Source: the human T2T-CHM13v2.0 reference genome, Homo sapiens. From it: 64,000 nt of DNA. The notes below the pieces were generated by a model, which saw nothing but the letters and a program-made list of their open reading frames with translations, did no database searches and had not been told where the DNA came from. The DNA is taken from NCBI RefSeq assembly GCF_009914755.1, contig NC_060928.1; one strand, written 5' to 3'. Made by a program: the position numbers and the translations under genes. Below, piece after piece: positions 18,650-34,401 of this stretch (positions within the stretch are counted from its first letter, which is position 1; every line of letters starts with the position of its first letter).

Positions 18650-19050
18650 TGTTTGGAATTGTAGGGGCAGGCGCTGTGTGAGCGTTTAGGAACAACTTCC
18701 ATTCTCCAGAAATGGCATGGGTAGTCCTGCGATCCAAAGGCAGCAGTGTCAGGTGGAAGCGCTAGAAGCCCGAGGCTGCCATTGGCAGAACAAAGCAGTC
18801 TCGGCCTGGCTTGGCAGCATCCAAAAGGACCGCAGCCGCCCTGCCGCTGCACACGGTGCATCTGATTGGCGGAACCCAAACCCTTCCGCAGCCCTCCCTG
18901 CGAAGATATCTGGGAAACGTAGTTTTTACCTTCTAACCTCTAAGGCACGGAAAGCTTATTCGATGTTGATTGTAATGGAAATAGAACTATGTATTAGGAT
19001 TTGTTTAACCATCCCTTGAGTTTTAAATTTTTTGGTTGTTACGTAATTTT
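18650..19050. promoter_or_regulatory. Orphan GC/CpG-rich promoter- or enhancer-like element
   Basis: Non-repetitive with retained CpGs. Motifs: TGGGAAACGTAGT (reverse ACTACGTTTCCCA, ZNF143/SBS-type, 18911-18923), CTGATTGG (NF-Y, 18862-18869), CTTCCG (ETS), AAATGGC (YY1-like), TGCACACGG (MRE, 18848-18856), GTTACGTAAT (PAR-bZIP, 19038-19047). Confidence 0.55.
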
Positions 19051-19293
19051 CTCTGTAATAAATAAATAAAATTCCCTAAACAATATGAATACTTTTCAAA
19101 TTTTTGATAATGATTGCAAAATTGCTCTCTTGAAAAGTTATGCCAGTTTATACTCCTTCCAGCAATCTTTGTTCCATATTGTCAGTCATGATTAATACAT
19201 TTGTCAATGCTTTTGAAAAGGAAAGTGACATATTATTTAAAAACTATGAATTTCTTTGGCTAGTTTGAAGATTTTAATTCTCACCACAAGTGA

Positions 19294-19606
<313 letters not shown>

Positions 19607-19847
19607 GCAATTAAGTCTTTAGACGATCTGTTTCCCCAGTATTTCCCAGCAATGTATTTATGAATCATCTCGCATCTCGCATGGTGAGAAACTTAACATG
19701 AACGTTCAACCATGTAAAATTATTACCAGTGAAATAAATAACTTAATGTCTAGTGACCTCTTACTGTAGCTCTGTATTGGTAGATAGACACTTCTTTTTT
19801 GATCTTTCAAGTATATAGTAAAAAAAATGTTCCTTTTACAGTTTTCA

Positions 19848-20307
<460 letters not shown>

Positions 20308-20702
20308 TAAACTTAGTTGAAGCCTGTAAGACTTAAAATGAAAGCAAGATTATGTGACTTGATTATGATGCAGCCAAATGAATTTAGATGCAAATGCTAG
20401 ACTTGAAATGTAAGTGTACGAATATACAGCAGTATAATTTTATGAGGTCTGGGGGTTACTTGTGCATGAGCCCAGGATTTAGATATCTGGCTACTCACAG
20501 TAAGATCCATGGAAGGAAATAAATTCTATAAGGAAGCACTGTATAACTCAAAGAAACTAGAGAGGCCCAAATGTCCAAAGCTGCCATTTCGCTTGCTGGA
20601 ATTTGCTGGTGGAATAACTACCCTTCCCCGAATTAATGAGGCTAAATGAATTCCTGGGGAACCCTCAGGCTGTCAGTGTAACACCTCCCACATCTTTTTT
20701 CT

Positions 20703-20716
20703 CCAGCAGGTGGCAT
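20703..20716 (+). promoter_or_regulatory. CTCF-like motif
   Basis: CCAGCAGGTGGCAT matches the CTCF core CCASYAGRKGGC. Confidence 0.5.
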
Positions 20717-21182
20717 GTACAGCACCATCCTGAAATGGTGATAACTTTATTATTATTATTGTCACTATTCATGGGGCTAACCATCTTCCCTTTTCTTCCC
20801 AAATAAGTACATGGAGTTTTAGCATAGGTATTAAAGAAGGCTCGTCAGCATGATGGCTTAAGTCTGTAATCCCAGCTACTGGGGAGGCTGAGGTGGGAAC
20901 CGAGGAGTTCAAGGCTACAGTGAGCTATGATCATGCCACTGCACTATAGCCTGAGTGACAGAAGGAGACCCCGTCTGTAAAAACAATTTAAAGAGAGAAA
21001 GAGAAAGATAGAGAGAGAGAGGATTCTTGTTTCAATGACCTAGAGGAAAAAAGATGTTATAAGTTCGCTTTTGAAACTGGAACATTAATTTTTCACCATA
21101 TTAAGACAAGACCCTGTATATACACGTTAAACTTAAACAGCTATCTTTTAGGCTGTTGAATGCAAGAAGGTAAGTTTAAGTA

Positions 21183-21239
21183 CCATCTAGTGGTAGGCAT
21201 CACCCTCCACCTAGTGGCATCCCTCTCCATCTAGTGGCA
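21183..21239 (-). promoter_or_regulatory. Three tandem CTCF-like motifs
   Basis: CCA(T/C)CTAGTGG at 21183, 21207 and 21227, reading CCACTAG(A/G)TGG on the minus strand. Confidence 0.5.
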
Positions 21240-21289
21240 AGATAGGCGAATTGAAAGCAAGTGCCAAAGAAGAAATAGTCTGATACTGA

Positions 21290-21741
<452 letters not shown>

Positions 21742-21935
21742 GAGAATAGTATTAAAGTACCAGATAAACTTTACCACTGTTTTATTAAATTTTAATATAA
21801 ATAAACTATGTAAAATAATTCATGATTGTAGCAGGTTATCTAATTTGGAAATAAAAAGAATACTCTTGCTGGATGGTAAACAGACTATTCCTAGCATGAG
21901 GTCTTTTCTTGGAATTATTTTATCTTAGTCCTTAC

Positions 21936-22953
21936 CTAGAAGGACTTAGGAAGTGACAAACAGTGCTAAAAACCTGAGAGAAAAGTTAAGACATAGTGAC
22001 AGAATTTTGCAGGACAAAAGAGTGATATTAGTACAGTCTTTCTTATGTTAAACCTTTTATGATCTTGAAAATCTTATCTTTAAATCTTAAGAAGCTGTTG
22101 GATTATACTTTAATCATTGCAGGGAAAAGATTTAGAAATTATGTTGTCAACCAGTTTAGATCAAATTGACATCAGAATTGGGTCTTTAGGAGGAGATTTT
22201 TGGTACAATAACTTTGTAATCTGAGGATACTAATCAGGGTATAATAGTACACTTAATTAGTATGATTAGCTGATAGTCTCAAGTTAGGATGACAGTCATT
22301 GAGCCCATATCAGGTAGTTAACAGTGAGCATCTATCTGTTCTAATATGTTCAGCATTCTGTTAGGATTAGTTGGTGTCCATGCTGTCCTTGTTATTAAAT
22401 CATCTGAATATCATCCAAGACCATAAGGGACTGTATGTTCACAGGAAAAAAATAACAAAATCACAAAATGTGAAGAATGTATGTATTATGAAAAGAAGGT
22501 AGGCAAACAGATATCTTTAAAAGAGGAAGCTAAAAAAATAAAAATAAAAGAGGAAGCCAAATGAATGGATCAGATAGAAAAAAATGTTCAAAAGTGTAAT
22601 AATTGTTTTAAAAGGACTAAAAATATTTTTAGAGACCCAAAGGAGGAAATTAGAAACATGAATCAGAAAAATCAGTTATGAAGGACCAACTGGAGATATT
22701 CAGTATGAAAAACCTAATAACTGAAATAACTCAGTAAGTATGGTATTAGATAAACCTTATAGATGTTTTTTAGATACTGCTTTTCAGAGTGAACACACTT
22801 GAAATACAAATTAGTGAGCTGAAAGATCAGGTCAATCAACTCTTCTAGAAGGACTCAGGAAGGACAAAGCAGTGCTAAAAAACTGAGAGAAAAGGTAAGA
22901 TACAGTGACAGAATTTTGCAGGACGAAAGAGTGATATTAGTACAGTCTTTCTT
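21936..22953 (+). repeat. 109-bp dispersed direct repeat (21936-22044 and 22845-22953)
   Basis: Both copies read 'ctagaaggact(t/c)aggaag...cagtgctaaaaa(c/a)ctgagagaaaag...gacagaattttgcaggac(a/g)aaagagtgatattagtacagtctttctt'. Confidence 0.9.
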
Positions 22954-23257
22954 CAGTATCTTCAAGGATTGGTTCAAGGACCCACTGCCTTCATAGTAAA
23001 ATCCAGGAATGCTCAATTCCCTTATATAAAATGGCCTGTTTGCTCATAATCTACATACATCCTCCTGTATACATTCAATTATCTCTATATTACATATGAT
23101 ACCTAATACAATAGGAATGCTATGTAAATAGTTGTTATGCTGCTTTGGTTTTTATTTGTATTTTTTTAATTGTTAATTTGGTTTTTTCTTGAATATTTTC
23201 GGTCCCAGGTTGTTTGAATCTGTAAATGCAGAACCTCAAGATACATAGGGCTGAGTG
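22943..23257 (+). mobile_element. MER2-like Tigger DNA transposon
   Basis: TA-flanked; 'cagtc...cagtatc...ggattggttcaaggaccc...cccttatataaaatggc...tacctaatacaat...gggctgagtg'. Confidence 0.75.
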
Positions 23258-24589
23258 TATTTGATAGAAAGAGGACAGAGAAATTGTTGAAATAAGAGAA
23301 ATTTGAAGCTAGGATGCTATATCCAATTAATTCAATGTAAGGCTGAAATAAGTTATTGTAAGGTACACAAGGCCTCAGAAGGCTGACAAAAATTCTGTTT
23401 GAAAACACTTTGGGAGGATGTGCTCAAGTAAGACAAGGAATCAATCCAGAAGTTAACCAAGAGATGTGAAAAGTGTGGAACAAGTGAAGCTTTGTAACGT
23501 GTTTAGATAAAAAACTGCCAGAGGCATCTTTAATATAAACAGCTTCAGGAAGAGAGACACACTGTATTGCTTTCTTTATCCCAGAGATTTTGGAGCGTAT
23601 ACATAGGTGTCATGCATGTCGTATGTATATGTGCGTATTTGTTGGAGGAACAAAGCCCAACCCCCACCCCCGACAAAATCCCATGAGTTTATTTACACAT
23701 TGTACATGAGAATTTGCGCTATTTCCTATCTTCAGACATGATATTTAAAATATATAACAATTAGTACAACATAGGGCACTGACCAATCAGAATAGACACC
23801 AGCCAAACTGCTAGAGCAGCTTCCTGGATGCTGTGCCCTTCATGTCCGGATTATGAGTACACCTCTGGTGGGCTGGGGCAGAGGCATGGGGCAGGGGCTC
23901 AAAGTGGCTTCTATTTACCATGTATATAGGATTGTTTCAATATTTTAACAACTTGTATGGTCATGTATACTGACTGAATAGCAACTCTGCTATGAGACAT
24001 AAGACATGTTTGATGACTTCATGCAATTTTCTGAAACATGCTCTTTTTTTTTTTAAATAAACCTTGGGCAGATGTTATGTTAAGACAGTCTCTGTAGTAA
24101 AATAATTTGCCATATTGGAGAGGCTTATCATCTTTACAATGAAAGTCAGAAAATATAAGTAAAACATATTAAGTTGTACTAAAGCAGAGAGAATAATCAA
24201 ATATAATCTTACTCAAGATATTTTCATGACAACTCAGCTTGCAAGATGTTTTCCTAGGCTTACTGGGTCATAAATATTCGGTATCATTTTTTTTCCTATA
24301 TTTTAAAGAAAAGGAATTTGGAACACGTAAACTATAAATCTAAGTTTTAAAAAATCTAAACAACAGTTTCCTCTCATTGCAGACCTCATTCAAATTGCAG
24401 GCTGGAGCCATGCCCAATATGCCTCTTCAGAGCCACAACTACCCACAGGTAGGTGGGCACTTGGTGAGTGAGGATAAAAAGTTTGTTGTTATAAGTCATT
24501 GAGTTGTGCAGTTGTTTGTTACACAGCAAATGACATTCCTTTTTTACTTATTCATCATTCATTCAACGTATTCTAAACATATAACTATG

Positions 24590-25500
24590 AACTATAAAAA
24601 CTCAAAACTGGCTTTTCTTTTAAAAGACTGACTAGACAAATTTATGTTAAAACTAATCAGGAAAGGAATGGAGATGCAAATAAACAACAGCACCTATGAA
24701 GTTTGCATTCTACTATTGAAACAGAAAATACACAAATAAACTGGGAATCCCAAATGGTTCATAAGCAAACGAAGAGTGACTTACCCTTACTCTGTAATCA
24801 GAGAACTGCAAATTAAAACAATTGGAAAGTCTGACAATATCATGCAGTGGTGAGGATGTTGGGAAATAAGAAACCTCCCATTCAACTTAAGGGAAAGTAA
24901 GCTGTTGCAACCATTCCAGGGAGCAACATGAAAGTACTTGGTAAATTAACTATCTTTATACTTTCTCAATGATGTAGCAATTACACTTCTAGGTTTCTTG
25001 CACATGTCCCTAGGAATATTTTTCACAGCAATGTTTGTGGTAGTAAGAATGGAGAAAGTCTAGATGTCCATTGACAGAGGAATGGGAAATAAAATAAGGG
25101 ATAGACACATAATAAAGTTATATTCAGCACTCAGAAATAATGTTCTAGATTAATATTTATCTGGATGGCTCTTAAAATATCATGACAAATTGGGGAATAA
25201 ACAATATGAGATTTATAAAAGAATAACTTTCAAGGATATTACATGCATATGCCCAGAAACACCAAATTCATCTTTAAAGATACACATATATCTAAATGAA
25301 TATAGCAATGATATACTGGTAGGGTATAAATTAAATATGTAAGGGTGGGGTGAGGTGAGAATGGTGGATGCATGGGAAAAAGGTAGTAAAAAGTAGAAAG
25401 GTAAAATTTAAAAAGGGGTATTGCACAGACGCTGAAAATGTGCAATGAAATGAAGGGTGTGATTAATTCAATTTTGTGACTTGATAGTCTAAAAATAACT
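24590..25500 (+). mobile_element. Ancient L1M fragments
   Basis: 'ctgcaaattaaaacaa...ggtgaggatgttgggaaataagaaac...gcaaccattccagggagcaac...tagatgtccattgacagaggaatgg'. Confidence 0.6.
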
Positions 25501-26682
25501 ATATGTAGTAGAATCTGAAATATGAGGAATAGGGAACTTTAAGGGAGTATATGGAAGTCAACGCCGTCTAAGCATGTGCACACTGAATTCTCACACTTTC
25601 GATGATGTCCTGCTATTATATCTTTTCTAAGCTTAGAGGAAGATAAATACCACAGTAGTTATATTTTAATTCTAGTTTTATTTAGGTAAATGATAATAAT
25701 GAGATAAGCCACAAAGTTCGAATTGACATATCTATTAGTATTAGTATACATAAATGTAGAAAATATATTTCAAAAGAAAAAAGAACGTACTATGATCATC
25801 AAAAACCTCACCTTTCCACATGATACATATTGTTGATATTTTGATATTTTTCCACCATGGAATTTATTTTGCAATTACCTTGTTAATCAGTATAATGTAT
25901 AATGTGAGGATTAAATTGCATCTATGGATCTTGATGTGTTATCTTTAGAACTTATTTAGATTGAAGCTTTCATTTTATCTTTTTCAAACTACTATATTAA
26001 TGATCTTGAATGAAGATTATTATAGGAGTTCAGTGCCTCGCAAAATTTTCTTGTACTTACCCTGTGCTTCATACTCTTATTGTCTTGCCTCCTTTGAATA
26101 ATCACAAAAGAAAAAGAAGGCAAAGGAGTATATAGCACAACCTATTAGAGGAAATGGCTGAAATAGTATTCTCTTAATGTTTAATGTGACTATTAAGAGG
26201 GTATTATGCTGGCATGTAAAACAGTTAATTGTATTCAGTGTGTTTTAACATCACTGATTAATTGATGGCGTAGTGAATGTTCATCTTGGAGAAAATACCA
26301 CCTTTGTATCTCAGGGGATCTAAAGAATGTCTTTTGCTGCTGAATAAAGTGCTTCAAAAAGTTCAAAGGGAGAAATGTGTATTTTTTTTTATGGTAAGGA
26401 AGAATAGATTTTACCACTTGGGAAAGTAACAGCTTATGAAATCACGCAGTGATGACTGTAATTCAGCTGTCGTCTGTTTCTTTCACCTTCTAACCAGTGA
26501 AAAAAGTTAGGTTACTTATTTCTTTGACTAAGTAAATTGAAAAGGAATAAATTCAGAAAGATTATCTAAGGAAACTGGTTATTAGAGCAAAATGGTTTGT
26601 ATTCACTCTGTAAATGAATGCTCCTGCTGCTTTTCTCTTCATTTTAATCATAATATTTCTTTTTTCCAGTTGCTTCATGTGA

Positions 26683-26994
<312 letters not shown>

Positions 26995-27565
26995 GTGAAT
27001 TTTTAAATATATCACATTTCAAAATAATTTTGCAGTTCCAAAATAATTATTTTGTAATTCAAAGACAGTTGAATAAGCAAATCCCTTGGGATTTGATTGT
27101 GTCAGAATTATAAGGTCCTGCTTATTTTTATTTTTATTTTTGGAATTTGTCTGATGGTTGCAGATTATTGTCACCGGTTCCTCACGTTTGTTCCCAAAAG
27201 AAGTAGGATTTGTGAGACTTGGTTCCACCTTTGATTTTGATCCATCCCTCTGAATCAGGCTAAGTCACAGACTCCCTAGGTCATTGCCACAATTTTATAA
27301 GTAAGGCAACTAAAAATAATCTATAGTACTCACTTTCAAAAGATCAATCACTCAATTCACTGAGTGTTAATAACTGATTTAGCTCAGGGAGAAGGACATT
27401 TCTCTTATTATTCTCTATAAGAAGGTAAAATATCTAGGTTCTTACATTTTTGAATAGCAAAGTAATGTTGAAATTAGATGGACACCTTGACATAAATCTG
27501 AATAAAAATAACATATCTCAGGAATCTTTTAGTATTATATTATTGATATAAAAATTATTAAAATA

Positions 27566-27955
<390 letters not shown>

Positions 27956-27986
27956 CTAATTTATAAAATGCTTTAATATACAGCTT

Positions 27987-28140
27987 TATTTTTATTAATT
28001 TAATTTAATTTAATTTATTTATTTTTTAGATACAGAGTCTTGCTATGTTGCCCAGCCTAGACTTGAACTCCTGGGCCCAAGTGATCCTTTTGCCTCAGAC
28101 TCCTAAATAGCTGGTACTAGGCGTGCGCATCACTGTACCT
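27987..28140 (-). mobile_element. FLAM/AluJ monomer
   Basis: Single reverse Alu arm with T-rich tail. Confidence 0.75.
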
Positions 28141-28269
28141 TACCTCCATACGCAGCTTTTTAGAGGCAGAAACTATTTCACTGACTTCTATCCCTTAAAC
28201 CCAGAAATTGCCAGACATAGGTTAATAAGTGCCTAAAGTAAACTTCAGTCTTTTGTTGCTGTTTCCCAC

Positions 28270-28790
28270 CTCCTATATTTGAGGAATTCTCTGCAATATG
28301 TATCTTTAACAGAAGCTCCAAAGGCCATGTGCTCTATATCCCATCTTTCTCTTCAACTACAGCACAGTAACGTAACTTAGGCTCACCTGATCAGCTGTAC
28401 CCAGTTGAACTTTCACTGGGAGCTGGTGATGCAAAAGAGTAGCAATGGTGGAGAATCTATTCTGATAGTGGCAGCAGTATAGATAGCAACAACCTGTTCC
28501 AGGGCAGTAGTGGAAATGAAACTAGTGGTGGCATACGGTGGCTGGTGCCTGAGGTGATGGCTGTACATGTGGTGGCATCCAGTGTTCAGCCATGGTGGGA
28601 GCAGTCCCCTTATGACCCTGGATCTATGGTTTTACTTGTGGATCTGGCTGGTGCATAGTGCTCATTGTTGATCTTCCCTTTTTCAAAACTTGTTTCTTTA
28701 TTCTTCTTGACAATTCTCTTAGATATATAAAATCCTTTTAATAAATTCTGTTTAAATTAGAATTGGCTTCTGTCACTTGCATTAATATAC
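28270..28790 (+). mobile_element. Old ERVL-type LTR (LTR33-like)
   Basis: Ends 'ttttaataaattctgtt...aattggcttctgtcacttgca', typical of old ERVL LTR 3' ends; highly diverged. Confidence 0.4.
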
Positions 28791-28995
28791 TTGACAAATA
28801 AAATATGAAACTGACTTGCATAGCTCTATAACCCTATCAAGACAGGTTTTACGAATACTGTTTATATATCAGTAAGCAAAGACTAAGAGACAGTAATTTA
28901 CTTGGCTAAGATTAACGTTTAGTAAGAACGAAGAGCCAGGAATCATACATAGTCACTCCGATTCTATGCCTGGGTCTCTTTCTTCCCTATCACAG

Positions 28996-31105
28996 TGTGG
29001 CAGAGATGGGTTAATTTTCTAAGTACACAGAAAGCTTACATTTCACAACTTCTCTTTTAATTCTCAGCATCATCACTTGGTGTAGAGTCCCCCAGAGAGC
29101 AACCTGATCCATATCACAAACCTGAGACAAATTTTGGTTGCCTTAAGCCCTTACAATTTGGAGTTTATTCTTATAGCAGCTAATGATCTTTACTCCAATT
29201 AATGCAGAAATTAGTAACAAAATTGAGGTGCTGTCATAACAAAAACTTAAAATACGTGACATTGACAGCTGTTAGCTGGATAGTGAGGAGAGAGATACCA
29301 GAGATCTATGTTATATGGTGGTAAAATTTTTGGTAAATTTATTACCTTCTTACAAGACAGAAAATGTACCTACTGGGCTTGTCGTTTTAGAGGAAGAGTT
29401 TGCAAAATCAAATGTTGGCAGAGTTTGTTGGGACCGTTGGCTTATTTGGAAAAGTGTAGTAATAAAAGAGATGTTCCCAGAAGAAGATTGACCAATTGAT
29501 GAACAGAAATGAAAGTAGAGAGAGAACAGAAATTCAGAGCTTTTCAAGTTGAATAGTCCTAACTTTGAAACCCTAAATGGTAAGAAATGGACTTACAAAA
29601 GGCTTTGAATGAAAGAAGTCCAGTACAACTTGACACTAATAGTTGGATAAAGGGACTCACAGCAAAGATCAGATTAGGGTATGCCTTACACATTGTTTGC
29701 TCCAAATAGACTCAAAATACCTGCCATTAAGTAAAAAGAGGAACCACAGTGGCAAAGAAGCAACACAGATCAGACTAGACAATCATTTCTAGGAATAAAC
29801 TATTGGTATAGTTACTGGCACGTGGATTTGATTGGAAACAAACAGATAGAAGAATATAAAATTTTGAATAAATGATTTTGCCAATGGAGTCATGAAATTG
29901 CAATAAAAAAACACGTAAGATATCAGAATTTAACACAACCTGCATGTCCTAGACCTTCAAGCAGGTGGCAGGCAGTAGGCAGTAGACTTGCACATTCATA
30001 TAGCTGCCAAAAAGGTCATGTGCCCCAGTTCCCACTGCAGATGCGGTCAAGGAGAATAACAGACAGGGGGATACCTTCCAGAGGGTGAGGACATTGCATA
30101 AAAGAACTCTCTCCAGAAGGCATAAACAGTGCCTAATGAAGAATTTCTCCTGTCCCCAAGGCAATGTCTGCCCAATGGGATTTTAAAATTGCCCCAAACC
30201 AGTTGCTGTGTTTCTTTTTCCCCTTCTAAATGGAAGCGTCTATTGTGGTAATTGTAACCCTTCTCCACCGTTGTAATTAGATATGTATTTATTGTCTTTT
30301 TAGTTCATAGGTCTCCGGAGCCTGGGGCATCGCATCTAGATGGAAAGGACTGAATATCAACTGAAGAGCCTAAATTTTGGGCTGATGCAGTCAGTGATTA
30401 AGAGTTTTGGGTCAGTGATGGGGCGAATATGTTTCATGTGTGGGAAGATAAATAAAAGGGGTGATGCATGACCAGAAAGGAGGACTGTGGCAGAAACAGC
30501 CTAGATGCTCACCAATCTTATTTCTACTGTTTGGGCAGATGGAAACTGCTATAGTTCAAAGCCTCTCTTGGAGTTAGATTGCAATCATATGAATGAGAAA
30601 TAGAATGTGAGCGAAACTCACTGGTGTCACTTCCAAACTTGGCTCTTTAAATGTTCTTCACAATCATTCATGTACTCACTCTACTGTCTTATGACTATTG
30701 TACATATTCATGCACATAATGATGTTTCCATACATATAATGTGTAATAATCAGATCAGGGAGAGTCGCATATCTATCAGCTCAAATGTTTATCATTTCTC
30801 TGTGTTGGGAATGTTCAATATCTTCCTTCTAGCTATTTGAAACTATATATTATTGTTAACTCCTGTCATCCTACAGTAGTATAGATTATTATAAGTTATT
30901 CCTCCTATCTAGCTGTAATTTTATATCCTTTAACAAATCTCTCCCTGTCTCTCAGTAAAGTATCCTGAGATAGTGGAACTTCTCTGGTTAACACTTGGAA
31001 AAGAATTGCTGAAAAGAGCTGTCTCACCAACTTTGGGCTGTGATTTTGTTTTGTGAAGTCATTGTGATTTTGGGATGGTTGTTTATAGCAGCTAGCAAGT
31101 CTTAG
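28996..31105 (+). mobile_element. Ancient MLT1 (H/I/J-like) element with internal region and both LTR remnants; 3' LTR interrupted by a reverse L1MA fragment (~30695-30950)
   Basis: Both LTRs start 'tgtggcaga' (28996, 30486). Internal start 'agaaattagtaaca...ggtgctgtcataacaaaaac' and end 'gggcgaatatgtttcatgtgtgggaag...ccagaaaggaggac' are MaLR-int-like. Confidence 0.55.
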
Positions 31106-31777
31106 CATGGCAAATACAGTAACTGTCATACTAAAAAATATGATGCAGAATAAATTATGTTAGGTAGATTAAATAAATCTATATTATTAATAAATAATAT
31201 TTGTAAGTCTGAATTTTATCTGTTGGAATGTCAGAAAAGAATGGGGATTATATAAAAAAGAATTGTTAGAAACCAGAGTGTATCCTATATAGGATCATTA
31301 GTGAAGAAATAGATGGAAAAGTGGAAATGAATAACTATTTCTTCCACACAGAATAAAACCCAGAAACAAAGAAAAGTTAAGTAGTATTAGATAGTGATTC
31401 CCAAGCCTGGGAATGGGAGTCAGTGATACTCACCTAGGAGAGAATATTAGGAAGGAGTGAGTGACATGAAAAAAAAGTCACGGAGGGAAAGGGTAAAGTT
31501 TTAGTAAGTCCTATGGATGACAATTATGTATTACCTGCAGCTTGTCCTACTAGAGGAATAGTCTCTGTGCCAAGAGGAAAAAAAAAGGCTCAGAATTTCT
31601 GATCTAAGACATAGGTAATTAAGAACTCAAAAGGAAAAATGTAGTCAGTGTATAAGATGATGGAAATCTTGTTTTAAGAGAACTGAATTATTGGAGAATG
31701 TGTAAAGAAGAAAGAGGTGTTAAACTTTTGAAGGGGAGTCAGATTTGCTCACATTTTTAACCTTTAACAGTTTCCCA

Positions 31778-33293
<1,516 letters not shown>

Positions 33294-34401
33294 TAAAACA
33301 TATTTGAGGGACTTTAGAAATTGTCAGTCTTTAAAGTCTGTAAGAAGGATGGTCTGGATGACTCCTTTAGCATGAACTCATTATTTAGTAGATGACTCCA
33401 TCCCAGTTAGTATTTATGCCTGTGGAAATCTCATATGAAGAGCTAGATCTGATCAGCAGCTCTATTATATCTAGCTTAATGCTCACAATTTGTTCCACAA
33501 AGCCATTCTCTCTCTCTCTCTGTCTTTCCCTCCTTCCCTTTTGTTAGATCACATATTATAATAGTTATATGCTTTAAACCCTTATTTGGAACAATAAAGA
33601 TGACTGACTTACATTTCAGACATTGTCGCTCCATGTCGCTAGTTTTAAAACCTGCCCAACTTAGTAATAAAAAGTAATGGCTCCTCAGATAAGAGTTTCA
33701 TGATAGTTTCTTAGAAACGAGTCAATGACACTACTGTAATAGCAGGGGAAAAGATTTCTAAGTCACATCATATTTTCAAACTGACAATTTTAGCTACAAA
33801 AGTACAACTTCCAAGAGGTCTTTCCCAGGTAAACATGGAAGGGTTTTACCAGTCCACAGAAAAGTGACTGCCTCTCCCTTGGATAAATGAGATTCTTTGC
33901 TTCCTGAAAATGAGAAACTGCTATTTCAATTTCAATGCCAAAGATCAAATTTTCTGACTACTGTGAATGAGGCTGCTCAGCATTTACAACACTAAAAACA
34001 AAGAAAGGAAAGCCGAAGAGGAACAATTTTTTTTTAGCATTTGCCCCAGGCCTTTGCAATCAAAGCATAACCCAGCTTATTTTTGGGGTGACTACACCCT
34101 CCATTCTCCAGGTAGTTGAATCTTCCTTGCATGTGTGAAAGCATCACTGACAAAGTTTCGTTGTCATGGAGTTTTTAGATAAGTATCTCTGAGTTTAAAA
34201 TCCCAAATTATATGCATCCACCCACCCTTATACTATAATTAATATCTGTCTTGGGGCTTTTTAGAAATAACTACACACATCAACAGTTTCACAACTGCTT
34301 CTGTGAGTGGTGAGATTAGTAGGCAGATTTCTAGGGGAATTATGCAGGTGACCAGTCATTAATATGCACATTGTTAAAATGTTTGAACGTTGTCATGATG
34401 A

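Noticed and set aside
21183-21239. Short repeat-spacer-like array resembling CRISPR
   Set aside because: Eukaryotic context, only three ~11-13 bp units, short related spacers and no cas genes; better explained as tandem CTCF-like sites.
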